Origin: Felis catus
Lineage: Eukaryota
Reading direction: 5' to 3'
DNA: 64,000 nucleotides
NCBI RefSeq assembly: GCF_018350175.1
Contig: NC_058368.1
Span: forward strand, 119,042,001-119,106,000
Shown: in pieces, positions 62,392 to 64,000 of the stretch
Position numbering within the stretch: position 1 is the first letter of the stretch
Layout: each line of letters starts with the position of its first letter
Notes under the pieces: generated by a model
Database searches by the model: none
Seen by the model: the letters and a program-made list of their open reading frames with translations, nothing else
What the model was told of the DNA's origin: nothing
Position numbers and translations under genes: made by a program

Positions 62392-63789
62392 CGATAGACT
62401 TTGGGTGATCCTGAAAGGTGCTGAAGGAAGATGATAAATTTCACTCATGCATTCATCTTAGCAATCTAAAAATGGTGATGTCCTCAATGAACTTTCTGAG
62501 CATGCCTCAACAGAGCTGATTTTGCTGAAGTAGATAACACTAGCTTCAAAGGATTTAAGTTCATGATAAGGGAAATGATTACCAACTTGTATTGGTTACT
62601 CTTCATAACAGTAATGGCACATGGGACTGGAAGGGAGCTCTACACCTCTCAAACTTCTAGCACAATCACCTGGCCTATTTGATCCTCATAGCAGCCAAAT
62701 GAGATAGGTCATGGAGTGACATTATCACCTCCTTGAAGATGAGGAAACAGAAGCCCTAAAAAATTAGAGATTTAAAGATTTTAGATATTTCTCCCAAGTT
62801 CACAGCAGTGTTTTCCTGGAACTGCAAATCCAGTGCCCCTCCTACTACTCCATACTCCCATACCTCCTCTGAACCTAAAAAGGAACAGCATTATTTACAA
62901 TGAATTGTGCAAACTTATGAACTTAAAAAATGATGTAGAGATTGTACAGCAGCAGGAAATATCAAATGATTTCCGTGCATGTGTAGGTGAGGGTGCTTTG
63001 TAGCGCACAGGTGGAAACAAGCTGACATGCAAACTAACATTTTAACCAGCAGAATGCAGCCCAGTAGTCAATAACCTGTCTGCATTCCCACAGGGGATTT
63101 GGGTGAGAGAGGACGGAGCAGTGAGAAGGCAGGAGACCCATACTGTTTTAAAGCACAAAGTGTTGAGTTGATCTGAGAGGCCGAGTGTTAGATGGTCCCC
63201 CTGTAAGTTCGACAGAGGTCATTCACTGTGATGTCATGTAACAACAACGAAGATTTCCTGCAGATCACAATCTTCTGCAAAGAGCAACTCTACAGAAGTG
63301 AGCAATGACAGTCCATTTAAAACACGTGTGTTGAGTGCCCACTCTATCAGCTTGATATTTTGCAAAGGCAGTAGAAATACTTCAGTCGCTATTTGGTAAA
63401 AGAGAAGAATGCAGCTGGAGTGCCATTAAAATTAGAGGTCCAAGTTACTATCAGAACAGAGGAAGAGATGGATCACACTGGGGTGACATGGGAGGGTAGG
63501 AAAACAAGGTGAATTGGGTCTTCAGGTCCAGGAAATAGCTTAACAGGCAGATGTGGAGGGAAGAGATGGGATGGGATGGATATGACAGCCAAGAAGGTCA
63601 CAAGAGGGGCAGCTGATGGCATTTTCAGTAAATCCCTGTTGAGCTGGTTATGACTGTGGAGAACAGGGTTTTTTGTCCCCTGCCTTTTCCTATTCCCATC
63701 CTGTTCCTTCTGCTTTGCAAGCATTGCCTACTCCTTCTCTCTCCTGGCTCTCCTGGAAAATCCCTACTCATCTGCAGAGTAAGCATTGA

Positions 63790-64000
63790 AGTGTCTCCAA
63801 CTGTGAATGCCTCTTTTCTGATCCACCTACCATGATTCATCCCTGCTATCGTATCTAAACACACCTCCCTTGCACTGTTCCAAGGTGTGGCATCCATTTG
63901 CTTGGGCACAGTTTCTGTCACCAGCCTGTTGGCACTGAAGAATGGGAACAGTACGTCTTACTAGCCTTTGTATTTCTACTACCCGCAGAGTGCCTGGCAC
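63790..64000 (+). mobile_element. L2 3' fragment (runs off window)
   Basis: tttctgtcaccagcctg…ctttgtatttct…cagagtgcctggcac. Confidence 0.6.

Noticed and set aside
63230..63420. Minus-strand frame containing ELLFAEDCDL, reminiscent of RTE-type RT (ELLFADDC)
   Set aside because: The catalytic DD is absent and no flanking RT motifs are recognisable; likely chance.
1..64000. CRISPR arrays, operons or prokaryote-type systems
   Set aside because: The sequence is mammalian; no regularly spaced repeat-spacer array or dense coding regions.

Overview
Mammalian genomic DNA, almost certainly from a felid: about 24 tRNA-derived CAN-SINE copies, several with the felid SINEC_Fc-type body (…gacagctcagagcctggagcctgcttcggattctgtgtctccc…). 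The window is repeat-rich intronic or intergenic sequence: CAN-SINEs (many with clean target-site duplications, TSDs), L1 fragments of several ages, abundant MIR and L2, CR1/L3, MaLR (MLT1) solo LTRs, the DNA transposon fossils MER5, MER33 and a Tigger6a-like element, and microsatellites. I recognise no protein-coding gene, CpG island, tRNA/rRNA gene or CRISPR. The ORF track consists of chance ORFs and SINE/L1/Tigger translations. The notable items are retrotransposition fossils: a possible ancient Vingi/Ingi-like RT remnant (FVYADDL…SPS…ICAF, ~14.8-15.0 kb), an L1 5'UTR fused directly to the ORF2 3' end, a twin-primed 5'-inverted L1 with TSD microhomology, a multi-SINE composite inside a single TSD, an L1 with a short 3' transduction, and a 33-bp L1 insertion. 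There are also a few unverified exon and promoter candidates. Repeat subfamily names come from remembered consensus sequences, not from a search, and boundaries of old repeats are approximate. I found no convincing novel multi-gene system.
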